A stretch of DNA of 64,000 nucleotides from Zootoca vivipara (lineage: Eukaryota). A program made the translations under genes and the position numbers. The notes below the pieces were generated by a model. The model searched no databases. It had not been told where the DNA came from and saw nothing but the letters and a program-made list of their open reading frames with translations. Of this stretch, positions 13,131-25,027 are shown piece by piece. Position 1 is the stretch's first letter. Every line of letters begins with the position of its first letter. The stretch lies in contig NC_083278.1 in assembly GCF_963506605.1 (NCBI RefSeq), positions 71,548,001 to 71,612,000 on the forward strand, written 5' to 3'.

Positions 13131-13138
13131 TCAGACAT
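13131..13138 (-). CDS. THBS2: THBS2 exon 22 coding part (D-V-stop)
   Basis: Polypyrimidine tract then TTGCAG|ATGTCTGA, completing ...CKDV*. The total CDS of 3537 nt is divisible by 3. Confidence 0.88.
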
Positions 13139-13644
13139 CTGCAACAGAAAGAAGCAATTGCTAAGTACGATTCCCACATTTGGATTGTATTGCAGTAAAC
13201 ATGGGGGAGGGGGAGAGAGTTACTTGTGTTTGGACATTTAAAACTTATTTTGAGAATACAGTGTATTCTTTTTGAAACAGCAGTGTGTAATAGGGGGAAA
13301 TAAATCAGAAGTGGAAGTTGGGGGAAGCCCAGGAGGGGTGGGAAGAGGGAATGTAATATGAATATTATAGATAGGTATGTGATGTTTGTAATAATTGAAA
13401 AAGAAAATGGAATAAAAATTTAATTAAAACAACAACAGCAAGAGCACTACCACCATGCAAATATATGGTAAATAATTCAGAAATTGGGTCCTGGGTCTGA
13501 AAAGGTTGAGGATACCTAGATCAGCCTTATGTGATAGATCATCTTCGCGGGGGCGGGGGGAACCTCACATATGAGGAGTGGCACAGGCAAGTCAGGTTGC
13601 CGATTGCATGGAATCTGGCTCCGATTATGACAATTAATTATGCT

Positions 13645-13760
13645 CAGTGCTTTTTTTCGGGGGTGGGGGCGCAGGTGTACGCATACCCCTAAACATTTTG
13701 TGAATCTAAGTTTGGCCTCATTAAGGGGCAGTATTTCAATATGAGTAGGAAAATGCACTG
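13645..13760. mobile_element. hAT-like MITE
   Basis: CAGTGC...GCACTG ends; TSD attatgct/attacgct. Confidence 0.78.
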
Positions 13761-14110
13761 ATTACGCTTGCTCTAGCCTGAAGCTGGATACACACAATTG
13801 CTATTAATTGCTATACCCGTGTTTGCTATTAAGAAGGCTGTCCCACTGAATTCATTTTCATCCATAATGTAGATACATATATATAATATTGTTTAATAAA
13901 AGGAATCTAAGGCACTCAGAGGGTTGCTTCACAAATACATGGCAAGCACTTGATCCTGCAAAATCGGATGACCTGCAAGCTTGAGTGAGTCATAAAAACG
14001 TAATACCCTGCTGGATCAGGTCCATGGTCCCTCTAGACAATTGCACACACACACACACCGCAAACACTAAAGTAGTGATTACCATTACAATGATGAATGC
14101 ATTAACTTAC

Positions 14111-14250
14111 CTTTGCATTCATACTTGAGGTCAGAGAAGTATACCATCTCTTGTGAAAAGACAAAAAGACCTAATCGCCCACCAGCATAGGTTTTGTCAT
14201 AGATTGGTCCAGAGTCTGCCATGACCTGCTTCCCTTCGTACACTAAAACC
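14111..14250 (-). CDS. THBS2: THBS2 exon 21
   Basis: [46 protein letters not shown]; 140 nt; AAG acceptor, GTAAGT donor. Confidence 0.96.
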
Positions 14251-14550
14251 CTTTGAAAGGGGAACAAAGTCTAGATTAGACACAGTTCTTGAAATGATAC
14301 ACTATCTTTCTAGCTGAGGTAAAAGCTCTTATAAGAAAAACAAAGTGGCATCAGATTTACAATCAGGTTTCTAGAGTATACAACTTCTACCTTTTTCACA
14401 CAACCTGCTCAAACACGCCTCACAAAAGTAGTTTTATGGACACATCTGAAAAAGATTTCCCAGTTCTGATTTAGGCCAGCCAAGTCCAATGAGGTGAATC
14501 TACACTGAGGAGGAGTAAGATGCATATTCTGTTGGAAGCTGCTCAGTGGC

Positions 14551-14553
<3 letters not shown>

Positions 14554-14611
<58 letters not shown>
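14554..14611. repeat. (CAT)n microsatellite
   Basis: Direct reading. Confidence 0.95.
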
Positions 14612-14612
<1 letters not shown>

Positions 14613-15815
14613 GATTGTCATGCACATAAGTTGAAGAAACAACTCCATAGTCTTTAGGTCACTGTATGTCCTCTGACAGCAGATGTTATTGTGCATTTCA
14701 GCTGGAATTGCTAAATATTCCATAATACATTAGCCTGTTTTCAGAAAGAAACATTCCCTCTAACCTCAGACAGTTAATGGTTGGCTTGTGCAATGAAATA
14801 AGTGGTGTACGTATTCTATTTCAAAGCCCTAGGTTTTGTTGAGAACATAATTATTAGGATTTGTTTGCGGCACTGCTTTCTAGATGTGAGAGCATGGGAA
14901 AATATAGCTGTCAAAGAGGGGCTAATTTAATGTGAGAGAAACTCACATATACATACATATATATATATTCCTGCCAGAGAATGGTTACACTACGACAGAC
15001 TTTAACACCAACCCAGAGAATGTTACCATGCTTAAGCCACATTAAAAGTCAGCCACGATTAACTTAAGTTTCACTAACTCCAAAAGGTCATAGGGATGAC
15101 AAATTTTCTTGGGAACTGGTTGTCCATACTTGTGTATTGTGGGTGCTGTTGTGTGACTCATGGAGATTGGATGCACATCAGAACGCATCTGGTGTGCATC
15201 AGACTTCTGAAAAATGCTCAGTTATTCTTAAGAGTCCAATTAGAGTGCGAAACCTACATGAATTAACAAATGTTACAAGTTTAAAGGTTCTGGATTAGCA
15301 ACTGTTCAGCGGTGCCAAGAACAGATGGAAGCCTTGCATCAGGCTGTGTGTGAATGATGATCCAGCTATAACCTGGAGAAGTTGAGTTTCTGCTGTATCC
15401 TTATGCGGTTATATGCCCAATAAGTTATATCTTATAACCAGTTGAGAAATCTCCTCTTATATCTTCAAACAATATAGCTAAATCCAGAAAGTAGGCTGGT
15501 GTGCTGTTTGGCTACATATTCATCCAGAACAACAACAGCTGTATTGGGCTAGACCAGTCGACCTACCTAAAACAGTCCAAAAATTTTGGAGGTATTATTT
15601 TTTATCTAATAATGGCTGTGTTTGTAGGAGCCATTCAGAGGAAATTGAACACATCTGATGGGGTGGAAAGCTGGGAAACCCTCTCAAATCTTCCAATGCA
15701 GAAAGTCTGCCATGAATGAAGTGACAGGACTGGAATTTGGTTACAAACCACTAAATAAAACCTCATTTATGATCAGATGGAAAAGCAATACAGTGTATTA
15801 CAAGAAATGTCATAC

Positions 15816-15913
15816 TTTATTAATCCCGTCTTGGGCCTGTGGACCAAATGCCACCTGTAAGCAGTGTAATCTTTCCAGCCGATATTCTTGGGGTCATGCC
15901 ACAAGGTACGCAC
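15816..15913 (-). CDS. THBS2: THBS2 exon 20
   Basis: [32 protein letters not shown]; 98 nt; CAG acceptor, GTATGA donor. Confidence 0.95.
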
Positions 15914-16196
15914 CTGTGGAAGAAGTTTTAAAAAAACAACGCACACCTCAGTTAGTGATCCCCATTAACAAGTGGGGCACATCCAACTCCTATTAACTCT
16001 ACCTTTTAGACAGAAACCGCAACCCACATTTTAAATGCGCTGCCATAGTTTCTATGTCCCACCCTCCAGTTTGGTCAGTCAAAATGAGATGTTCATTCTG
16101 CAGCTTTCCCAGCTAAATGCTGTTGTGATTAGACAGGGAGCAGAGGGAGTCTTGCATATTTTGGGTAGCTGTAAAGGGTGCACTGTCTTTCTATAC

Positions 16197-16332
16197 CAGG
16201 CATCCCCAAACTCGGCCCTCCAGATGTTTTGGGACTACAGCTCCCATCATCCCTAGCTAACAGGACCAGTGGTCAGGGATGATGGGAATTGTAGTCCCAA
16301 AACATCTGGAGGGCCGAGTTTGGGGATGCCTG
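16197..16332. mobile_element. Palindromic hAT MITE with inverted flanks
   Basis: Same family as 3544, 9215, 40123 and 47886; see findings. Confidence 0.88.
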
Positions 16333-16442
16333 GTATAGAAAGACAGTGCACCCTTTACAAGGGATACCTATACAAAGGGATCCCGGGGCTGCTCCGGGTT
16401 GGATCTATAAAAAGAACCATTTGGCAAAAGTATTCCCAAGCA

Positions 16443-16671
16443 CAGTACACCTCGGAAGTCGAACAGAATCCATTCCAGAAGTCCGTTCGGCTTCCAAAAC
16501 ATTTGGAAACCAAAGCACAGCTTTCGATTGACTGCAGGAAGCTCCTGCAGCCAATAAGAAGCAGCGGAAGCCACATTGGACGTTCAGGTTCCAAAAAACA
16601 TTTCCAGGTTTGCAGTGTTCAGGACCCAAAACATTAGACTTGCAAGGCATTTGGGATCCAAGGTAGGACTG
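16443..16671. mobile_element. Tigger-like MITE (diverged)
   Basis: CAGTACACCTCGGA...TCCAAGGTAGGACTG|TA; interior resembles 6412-6653. Confidence 0.7.
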
Positions 16672-16978
16672 TACTTTCTCCTGCAAAGAGCAAGGGACAG
16701 CAATTCACTAATAAGGGGGGGAATAACTGGACACAGGGTCTCTATTGAAGTCAAACCTGGAGGTGGAGGCTTCTTGGGTGGGGCAGGCTTAATCACAGCC
16801 AAAAGTTCCCAAGACAGTATCCAAAGAAAAAGAAATAATATAAAAACTTGGCCATTGGTTGATCATTATAATGAAAGATAGGGCCAAAACAATGGTTTCC
16901 AATGCTATGTCAAGATGGTATATGGGAAGGGGACAATTCTATGAACACTTAGCTGAATGTGACTCCTACATCTCTTAC

Positions 16979-17250
16979 CTGTCCAGGTGTGTTTCCTGTA
17001 TGCCAAAGGGCATTTCTCAAATGTTCGCCAGTGCCAGTTGTGGAGTTCACTACTTTAAGTGATACCCCTGAGTAACCATAAGCTCTGGTGGGCTTGTCCT
17101 CCCAATATGTCTGAGAAATTTGTTTCCACATCAGGACATAGAAGCGACTGCTGGACTGGTAGCCAAAGACAAACCCAGCATAGTCATCATCCCGGTCTGT
17201 GTTGACATAGAAGGTACCACTGAAGTCAACAGAACTGAACTCATCATAAC
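16979..17250 (-). CDS. THBS2: THBS2 exon 19 (C-terminal L-lectin domain)
   Basis: [44 protein letters not shown]...NTPGQ; 272 nt. Confidence 0.97.
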
Positions 17251-17412
17251 CTGGAGGAGGGTAGAAAATGGTAGGTGTTCAGTTCCCAAAGGGATTGCAG
17301 CTTGTTGAGAATTTGGGCAGAAACAACGACCAACGACCTTGCAGTGAATGGTCCTACTTAGTCCGTCTTCCTGGATTGTCAATTTAGTCTCAGGCATTTG
17401 CCATTACTTTCT

Positions 17413-17620
17413 AAAAGGTAAAGGGACCCCTGACCATTAGGTCCAGTCGTGACCGACTCTGGGGTTGCGCGCTTATCTCGCGTTATTGGCCGAGGGAGCC
17501 GGCGTACAGCTTCCAGGTCATGTGGCCAGCATGACAAAGCCGCTTCTGGCAAACCAGAGCAGCGCACGGAAACGCCGTTTACCTATTTATCTACTTGCAC
17601 TTTGACATGCTTTCAAACTT
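17413..17620 (-). mobile_element. Sauria SINE, 3' part
   Basis: AAAGGTAAAGGGACCCCTGACC...GGTCATGTGGCCAGCATGAC, shared with 23937, 58811 and 63665. Confidence 0.88.
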
Positions 17621-18002
17621 TCTATTAGGATGCAATTTGATTTGGTTCATCCCTTCTTTTTCTAATCATATTATCATTTTCTAATCATTTTGTAATCATT
17701 TTCTAATCATATTGTCTCTAGGCTTTACCAATTACTACCCTTTCTGTTACTTCACACTTGCTTTATAATGAAATCATTTTTAAATAGGCATGTATATTGA
17801 TGCACACATGGACCTTGATATAGGAAGGACCTTCACATTTTTCAGTTCAGTTATACAGCCATGAAAAAGAAAACTTCAAAATATTTGAAAAGAAAAAAAT
17901 GACAATTACAGAATGCTTTTGAAATGCTTGTATACCATATGCAAGAGCAATATTAATGGGTTGTGTCCCACAGCCCAATGCAGAAAGATAAATACATTCC
18001 AT

Positions 18003-18006
<4 letters not shown>

Positions 18007-18058
<52 letters not shown>
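18007..18058. repeat. (CT)n(AT)n microsatellite
   Basis: Direct reading. Confidence 0.95.
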
Positions 18059-18273
18059 ATTCCAATGTAAATCATCTATGAATGCTGACTTGTTATTAGG
18101 CAGCTTTTTATTATTGCCAAACATTCCTCAGAGGTTATCTGTGCTTCCAACTTTTCCAAATTCATTTCAGAATGTGAAGTTTAGAAAGAGATTCTTAAAC
18201 TGAACATATAAACTGCCTCAAATATTTCAGCTTCTTTTGATCAGCAGCTCGGACCATCTAATTTCTAGCTAAT

Positions 18274-18484
18274 TGTTGTTGTGGTTTAGTCGTTTAGTCG
18301 TGTCCGACTCTTCGTGACCCCATGGACCAGAGCACGCCAGGCACTCCTGTCTTCCACTGCCTCCCGCAGTTTGGTCAAACTCATGTTCGTAGCTTCAACA
18401 ACAATGTCCAACCATCTCATCCTCTGTCGTCCCCTTCTCCTAGTGTCCTCAATCGTTCCCAGCATCAGGGTCTTTTCCAGGGAG
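18274..18484 (-). mobile_element. BovB-type RTE LINE, 5'-truncated 3' end
   Basis: Encodes SLEKTLMLGTIEDTRRRGRQRMRWLD...WRALVHGVTKSRTRLND*; (CAA)n tail; TSD-like AGCTAAT(T/A)GTTG. Confidence 0.9.
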
Positions 18485-18761
18485 CTAATAGTTGTGCACA
18501 ATTCAGAGAACCATGTGGCTAATCCCATGCATTCTGTCAGGTTCTGAATTTGCACTGTTTAACCTACAGCTCCAACATCACACAAGGCAGATATTTTTCA
18601 AAAGCAGTTTATAATATGCCATGGGGGTCTGTTTCAAGAAAACAAAGTCCAAAAATCTACTGGGTTCATGGAAGCCCTTGTGAAACACTAAACTTTGTCC
18701 TCTTGGTGTAATTCTGTTCATATCATCAATTAATCAACTGATTAATTTGAATCATACTCAC

Positions 18762-18989
18762 CTACAGCTATGCCAGGATCTGAGTTTGCCGTCTGTACCA
18801 GTTCTTTGCCCTGATGTCGAATAACCCAATTTGGGTCAATCTGAGTTGTTCCTTTAGGATCCAGTGGGACCATCTGGAACTTTCTGAAATCAGTTTCACT
18901 AATGGCATCATTTTCAGGACAAACATCAAAAATATCTGGGACTTTGTCATTGTCAAAGTCATCCTTGCAGATGTCACCTCGGCCATCAC
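18762..18989 (-). CDS. THBS2: THBS2 exon 18 (RGD motif, start of C-terminal domain)
   Basis: [19 protein letters not shown]...[10 protein letters not shown]; 228 nt. Confidence 0.97.
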
Positions 18990-20904
18990 CTAAAATGCAC
19001 ACAAAGCATTGAATAGTTTTCATGTTATATCCACACATCTCTCGTTCTGTAGGAAGAAGCCATGTTCTACAGGAAGGAAGGAAGCAGCCATGCCACCTTC
19101 TCTAGAAAATAGAATCAAATTTAAGAGAAGAGGGGCTACCATCTTCCTCTCCAGGGGAATGGGGTGAGTTGCAAGGGACCTTGGTGAGCGACTGCTCCAA
19201 CCTTCTGTGCAAGATAGGATCTGCAGTGCAAGCAGGACTATGCAAATCTGGGAATGGGCCCAGGCCATCTGGAAAATCAGTTGCTGACAAAAACAAACGA
19301 GTGGCATACTGTAAAACCTAACAAGCCAGGAGAACCACAATATTAAAAAGGAGCTTTGGAATTTTAAAATTCCATATTATCTCCATGTCATCAGATGCCT
19401 TCAGCAATGTTCTGTCATGAATACTTAAGATTGTGACCATGCATTTTTGTCACATCTGTAGCAAATGAGTGAAGAAGGCATTACAGTAAATCATACTAAA
19501 ACAGCTCTTGGCTACTCTTTATTTATGAGAGACTGTGTGAAAGAGGGAGGGAGACGGAGAGCAGTGATAAACTATGGGATAAATAATCTCCCCCCCCTAA
19601 AACTTGGAATGTGGCTATAATGAAATCTTGAGTGATTAATGTGGTATTTAAGACAGAGCCACTCAAGTGAACAGAGACTGCAACCACCAAATCTGTTACA
19701 AGGAAGCCCTGCTGTTGGCAATGTGGTAAATACTTTGCAAGCTGTGTGTCCTAGAATGTAATATTTATCCTGGTTTGGGTTAAAGAGCTATTTGGGTTGA
19801 AGAACAATAGACATTCAAATAAACGTCAAAACTGAAATGTCACAAATATGTTTTCTGTGTTCACAGGCAACATGCAAGTTCTTTTTCCACAAGTCCTTTT
19901 TAAAGGCGCACACACATTCTACGACATTTTCCCCAAACTTTGATAAGGAAATACAATTCCTGTGTTTCTCTCCAATCATGAGGACGCTAAACTTGGTGGG
20001 TTATTTTTGTGTGTGTGGTATGGGGAGGAATGATGAGAATCTCAGCCAATTGTGTTTATGCAGATTCAGTTATTGTTGTCTGCATTCATTTCTCTTATCA
20101 ATAGAGACTCATGCCACATGTTTTGCAGACATGTTTCATTAGAACACTGTCTCTCTACTCCAATCTTCTATTCTAATCTTCAAGGACAGACTTTGTTATG
20201 GAACTGCCAAAAATGTTTTTTTAAAAAAAAAAATACAGAGTCAAGCATCTCAGATGCTTTTTGTAGTTCATCTCTGTGAGAAAATGGCTTCACATTCCAC
20301 GGACTGACTGGCTGGCGGGTTGCCAAGTTGAACTCCAAATTCTGACCAGCTGTATGCTCCTGAACGTGTTTATCTTTACACGTAAGGGGAGAAGTGTGTG
20401 TTCCCAGTTTTATTCTCTTGCCAACATCAAAGAAGCAATTTCTTTGTCCAAATGAGGTTTTAATTTTTCACCACATATGTTTCTTAAGTTCCCTGTGGTG
20501 CCGATTGCTGACAAGGCTGTTTTTTCATCAAAAAGTTTAGAAAGCATCTGCCCCACCAGCCATGACCACAGGCTCCTTGGAGGTCTGCTCTCTGGAAGAT
20601 GGTTGTTCAGGACACAGTAGAATTCTGCCTTATTTCTTGACCCTAGATTAAAATGACACTGTGGGGTATCCGTCATAAAACAGCTAACGGGTGAGAAATC
20701 TAAGCTCCACCTGCTCTCTGTGATTAGAGGCATAACTGGGCAGAATACGTAAGCAGGCAGGATCTGCTGTGGTGTTAACCTGAGAGCCAGTGCTGTGTAT
20801 TGTCTGCTAAGGAACAGGAAGAGCCAGATTCAAATTGACCACTCAGCTCTGAGGTCACTGGATGACCTTGAGGCAGCTGGCTTATGGATTGGCTTATAAT
20901 ATAT

Positions 20905-21255
20905 AATTTATTTTTTATACCCTGCCCATCTGGCTGGGTTTCCCCAGCCACTCTGGGCGGCTTCCAACAGAAAAATGAAATAAAATAATCTATTAAACAT
21001 TAAAAGCCTCCCTAAACATGGCTGCATTCAGATGTCTTCTAAAAATCTGGTAGCTGTTTTTCTCTTTGACATCTGATGGGAGGGCGTTCCACAGGGTGGG
21101 CGCCACCACCGAGAAGGCCCTCTGCCTGGTTCCCTGCAACTTGGCTTCTCGCAACAAGGGAACCGCCAGAAGGTCCTCAGTACTGGACCTCAGTGTCTGG
21201 GCAGAACGATGGGGTGGAGACGCTCCTTCAGGTATACTGGACCGAGGCCATTTAA
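20905..21255 (-). mobile_element. L2-clade LINE 3' end
   Basis: Matches the L2 copies at 58334-60015 and 60600-60976. Confidence 0.82.
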
Positions 21256-21372
21256 AACTATTTAGTAAGATTACTCCAGGCAGAATACCCTCATGAAGAT
21301 TTCAGCAAAAGAATGCATTTGGGTGTACCTTTGATGAGCTAAGTGATGCTGAACATATTCTTGCATAACTAT

Positions 21373-21519
21373 TTGACTTTTAGAAGACATCTGAAGGCAG
21401 CCCTGTTCAGGGAAGTTTTCAATGGTTGTTGTTTTATTATGTTTTTAAGATTTTGTTGGGAGCTGCCCAGAGTGGCTGGGGCAACTCAGTTAGATGGGTG
21501 GCTAATAACAACAACAATA

Positions 21520-21560
<41 letters not shown>
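21373..21560 (+). mobile_element. L2-clade LINE 3' end with (AAT)n tail
   Basis: TTTAGAAGACATCTGAAGGCAGCCCTG...CCCAGAGTGGCTGGGG followed by (AAT)n. Confidence 0.82.
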
Positions 21561-21562
<2 letters not shown>

Positions 21563-22105
21563 TTACTTTTATTAATCATCTCACTTCCGTACTCTGTTCA
21601 AGCTATAATTATTTGCAGAAGTTATGGATCCCAGTTTTCTTTCTTAGCCTCTCAAAAAATATTTTATGAAGATGTCTCATAAACAACCTGTACAGATGGT
21701 TTTCATTATTGTCAGATTCTGCTACAAAGGGATGCTCTGAGCATCCCATGGCCCTCCTGCTTGATCACCTACAAAATCAACTTGCTAAGGCCAATGCGCT
21801 TAAAAGAAGTACACCATTAAAAGGAGAGAGAGCAAGGCAAATACACTGTGCAAATACACTGGTTGAGCCAACCTGGCAGTCATGCTGGCATGTTTACACT
21901 AGGCCAACCTCGCCACCACCTCCCCTGTCCTGCTCTCAGTCCCAGTACACAGCAACAATTCAGCCAGAGAGAGGTCAAGGGCACCACACGATCTACTGCT
22001 GGGCTCAGCTTGCATTGAGAGGTCCACCTTTAGTCTTCATTCAAGAAACCCCTAAGTCTATGGCACTAACAAATCTACCATGGCATAAGCTTTCATGGAC
22101 TGCAG

Positions 22106-22235
22106 CAGGGAAGGTGGACTTCTGGCCCTCTAGATGTTGTCGGCTTCCAATTCCCAACAACCTCAGCCAGCATGGTAGAGGTGATGTGAGTTGTAGTCTA
22201 GCAGCATCTGGAGGGGAATAGGTTCTCCATCCCTG
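22106..22235. mobile_element. Older relative of the palindromic hAT MITE
   Basis: CAGGG...GGCCCTCTAGATGTTG...CATCTGGAGGG...CCCTG; similar decayed copies near 38775-38840, 45578-45724 and 58045-58130. Confidence 0.6.
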
Positions 22236-22322
22236 GAACACACCATCATATGCCGGAAGGTGACTGTGGTCCACAAAAGGATATGCCACAGTATATGTCT
22301 TTAAAGTGCTTTAAAGTCTTAC

Positions 22323-22557
22323 CATCGGAATCCTTCTGGTCAGGGTTGAATGTGAGTCGGCAGTTGTCCCGGTCGTCTGGGATGCCGTCGTTGTCATCAT
22401 CGGAATCACAAGCGTCCCCTTTACCATCTTTGTCATGGTCAGCCTGATTGGCATTGGAAATGTACGGGCAATTGTCTTTGTTATTCTGGTGGCCATCTTC
22501 ATCGATGTCTTGATTGTTGTCACACTGATCACCAACCAGGTCATTGTCCACATCAGT
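22323..22557 (-). CDS. THBS2: THBS2 exon 17 (type-3 repeats)
   Basis: [24 protein letters not shown]...NPDQKDSD; 235 nt. Confidence 0.96.
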
Positions 22558-23936
22558 CTAAAGGGGTTGACAGGAAACAAGATTTGAATTTTTGCAACAG
22601 TGAACCAAAAAAGGTGCGGGAACCACATGATCACACTGTTAGTGGTTCCCTTCAGAAATGTTAATGTATACTGAAGGTAATCTGAAAAGTAATATTCTAT
22701 AAACATACTGAGATATCCCAAAGTTGCAAAATAGATTCTGCATCATGGTTCTTATTTCAAATTCCTCATTTAAATCTACTGACTCTTAAGCCAATACACT
22801 TAATTACTTACTTTTATTTATCTGTTGTATTTCTATCCCAGCTATAGCCCTAAAAGCAAACAGATGCAAGCCCATAGCATCCCTCCAATTTTAATGGAAG
22901 GAGGAAATGTGTCTTTTATCAGAAGTTTGGGAAGCATGGTTTCTAAGTGATTTCTTGCGTAGAACAGAGGCTGGCTAAGCTGAAGAAGTGGATTATCAGG
23001 ATAGGTGGTGGTATGCTTGATGAGATGTTTTCTAACTGATCTTTAACTCATACAGTTTCCCAATTCTTCCAGAACCCTGGTCTTCTCTCTCTCTCTTGCA
23101 TCTGTTTTCATACTGTAAGCATTTGGCATCTGCCCCCAAAAGTATCTGTTCAGAAGAGTGCAAGATGAAAATGCATAGCAGGCATTTTAATGAATGAAAT
23201 TGGTGCCAACACATAGGAAGACCTTTGACGTCCTCAACAGATCTCAGTTCTAGCCTTAGGCCCCTTTGGAAGGTTTTGCAGATGAGAAAAGTGGCGCTGC
23301 TCTCGTGAGAAACTTCTCTTGCCTCGGCAGCATTCTTATGTTATGAGTGACTGCTATTGACCTCAGCTGCTTTCAGGGTTTTTATGTACATATATGCCCC
23401 GAGAAGCCAACGGCAATAACTTTGCGCAATTAGAAATTCCAGACCATTCATCCAAATCAAAGGCAAAGCTTTTGTGTCAAAGCTTTGAAAACTTGAAAAG
23501 CTGCGCTCTTTCTTTTTTAAAATAACCTGGGCATTCAATTTACCTCAAACCATGCAGTTTGCCACCAACATTTGCCTTTAATATAAACATGTGCCCTGTG
23601 ACTGAACAGAACCATATTAATTCTACGTAAACTGGGTGGTTTTCCCTCCCACTTCCTGAATAGAATTACAAGTAAGTCTAGAATGTAGCATTTCTGAAAT
23701 GCAGAGCTGGAAAGCCCATTGTGGTCTGGGAGTTGTGTTACCCATTTTAAAGTGCCTGGTGGGCCAAATATAAAAGCACATACATATACACAATCTCTCC
23801 CACAGGCACACAGTTTGTTTCACTCATAAATCTTATGTGCTCCTCACCTTCTTCTTCATCAGAACCAACCTGGCGAGAAACTAGCGACAATAAGAAAGGG
23901 GCGATCTCTTGTATATATTGGGGCTTAATTGCGAAA

Positions 23937-24322
23937 GGGAAACAGGTGATGCTGTGGTCTAAACCACTGAGCCTCTTGGGCTTGCTGATTAGAAGGTTGG
24001 CAGTTCAAATCCGCGCAACGGGGTGAGTTCCCGTTGCTCTGTCCCAGCTCCTGCTGACCAAGCAGCTTGAAAGCATACCAGTGCAAGTAGATAAATAGGT
24101 ACTGCTGCGGCAGAAAGGTAAATGGTGTTTCCGTGTGCTCTGGCTTCCGTCCCAGTGTTCCGTTGCACCAGAAGCAGTTTAGTCATGCTGGCCACATGAC
24201 CCAGAAAGCTGTCTGTGGACAGACGCCTGCTCCCTCAGCCTGAAGCAAGATGAGCACCATACCCCATAGTCAAGTTTGACTCGACTTAACCATCCAGGGG
24301 TCCTTTACCTTTTTTTTTACCT
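23937..24322 (+). mobile_element. Full-length Sauria SINE
   Basis: tRNA-like head, characteristic body, (ACCTTT)n tail; TSD TTAATTG(C/A)GAAA. Confidence 0.9.
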
Positions 24323-24908
24323 TTAATTGAGAAAATAGCAGGAGATGTTCCTGGGGTGAAACTGGGAGTCAGATTTTCTGAGTTGACATGCACAGGATTC
24401 TGGTGGTGGATGACTTGGAACTGAATGTGTGAGCTGCCTCCATTGGACAATATTGCAGGTTGGGAGTGGAATATCCACATGTGGTGTTGGATTTTTGATG
24501 TCACACATACAAGTGTGACAGGGCACATTGCTGGATGCATGTATGAACCTGCACACAAACTAGAAGACTCCCTGTTAGGAAGAGGAATGGAAGACTATTC
24601 ACGAACAAAAGCTCTCCTTTATTTTTGCTTTCCTGCATGTTGAAACAATCTACCCCCATAGGCAGATAATTGGAACACTGAGTATTTCTGCAATAACGAA
24701 AACCTTCTTTACCCCTAAATCCAGCCAGGTATGGATTTAGATCTTGAAAAGGGGAGCAAGGAATAACAAGCCTTGCTGAAATATCCTTCAAAGCAGGCAA
24801 AAGGCAGCCTTTGTCAATAGTACACAGTATAGTGTAGTGGTACCTCTACAAGGGTGAAAGCAGAGGTCCATCACACCCATTCAGTCCCCCCATGTATGTG
24901 CTACCTAC

Positions 24909-25027
24909 CTGGTCAGGATTGTGCACCAGCGGGCAGTTATCACAATGATCACCAACTCCGTCTCCATCTGTGTCTCTCTGGTCTGTGTTGTAGACATATG
25001 GGCAGTTATCGCGTTCATTGAAAACAT
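24909..25027 (-). CDS. THBS2: THBS2 exon 16 (type-3 repeats)
   Basis: [40 protein letters not shown]; 119 nt. Confidence 0.96.

Noticed and set aside
13120-13133. Stop-codon readthrough
   Set aside because: The context TGA-GGTA does not match the known TGA-CTAG readthrough motif.
12932-13177. 81-aa ORF over the last exon as an alternative C-terminus
   Set aside because: It is in a different frame from the phase-1 exon 21 junction and has no recognisable motif. Using it would need skipping of exons that build the lectin domain.
21709-22221. 170-aa plus-strand ORF
   Set aside because: It has a non-ATG start and no domain signature, and it ends in a MITE.
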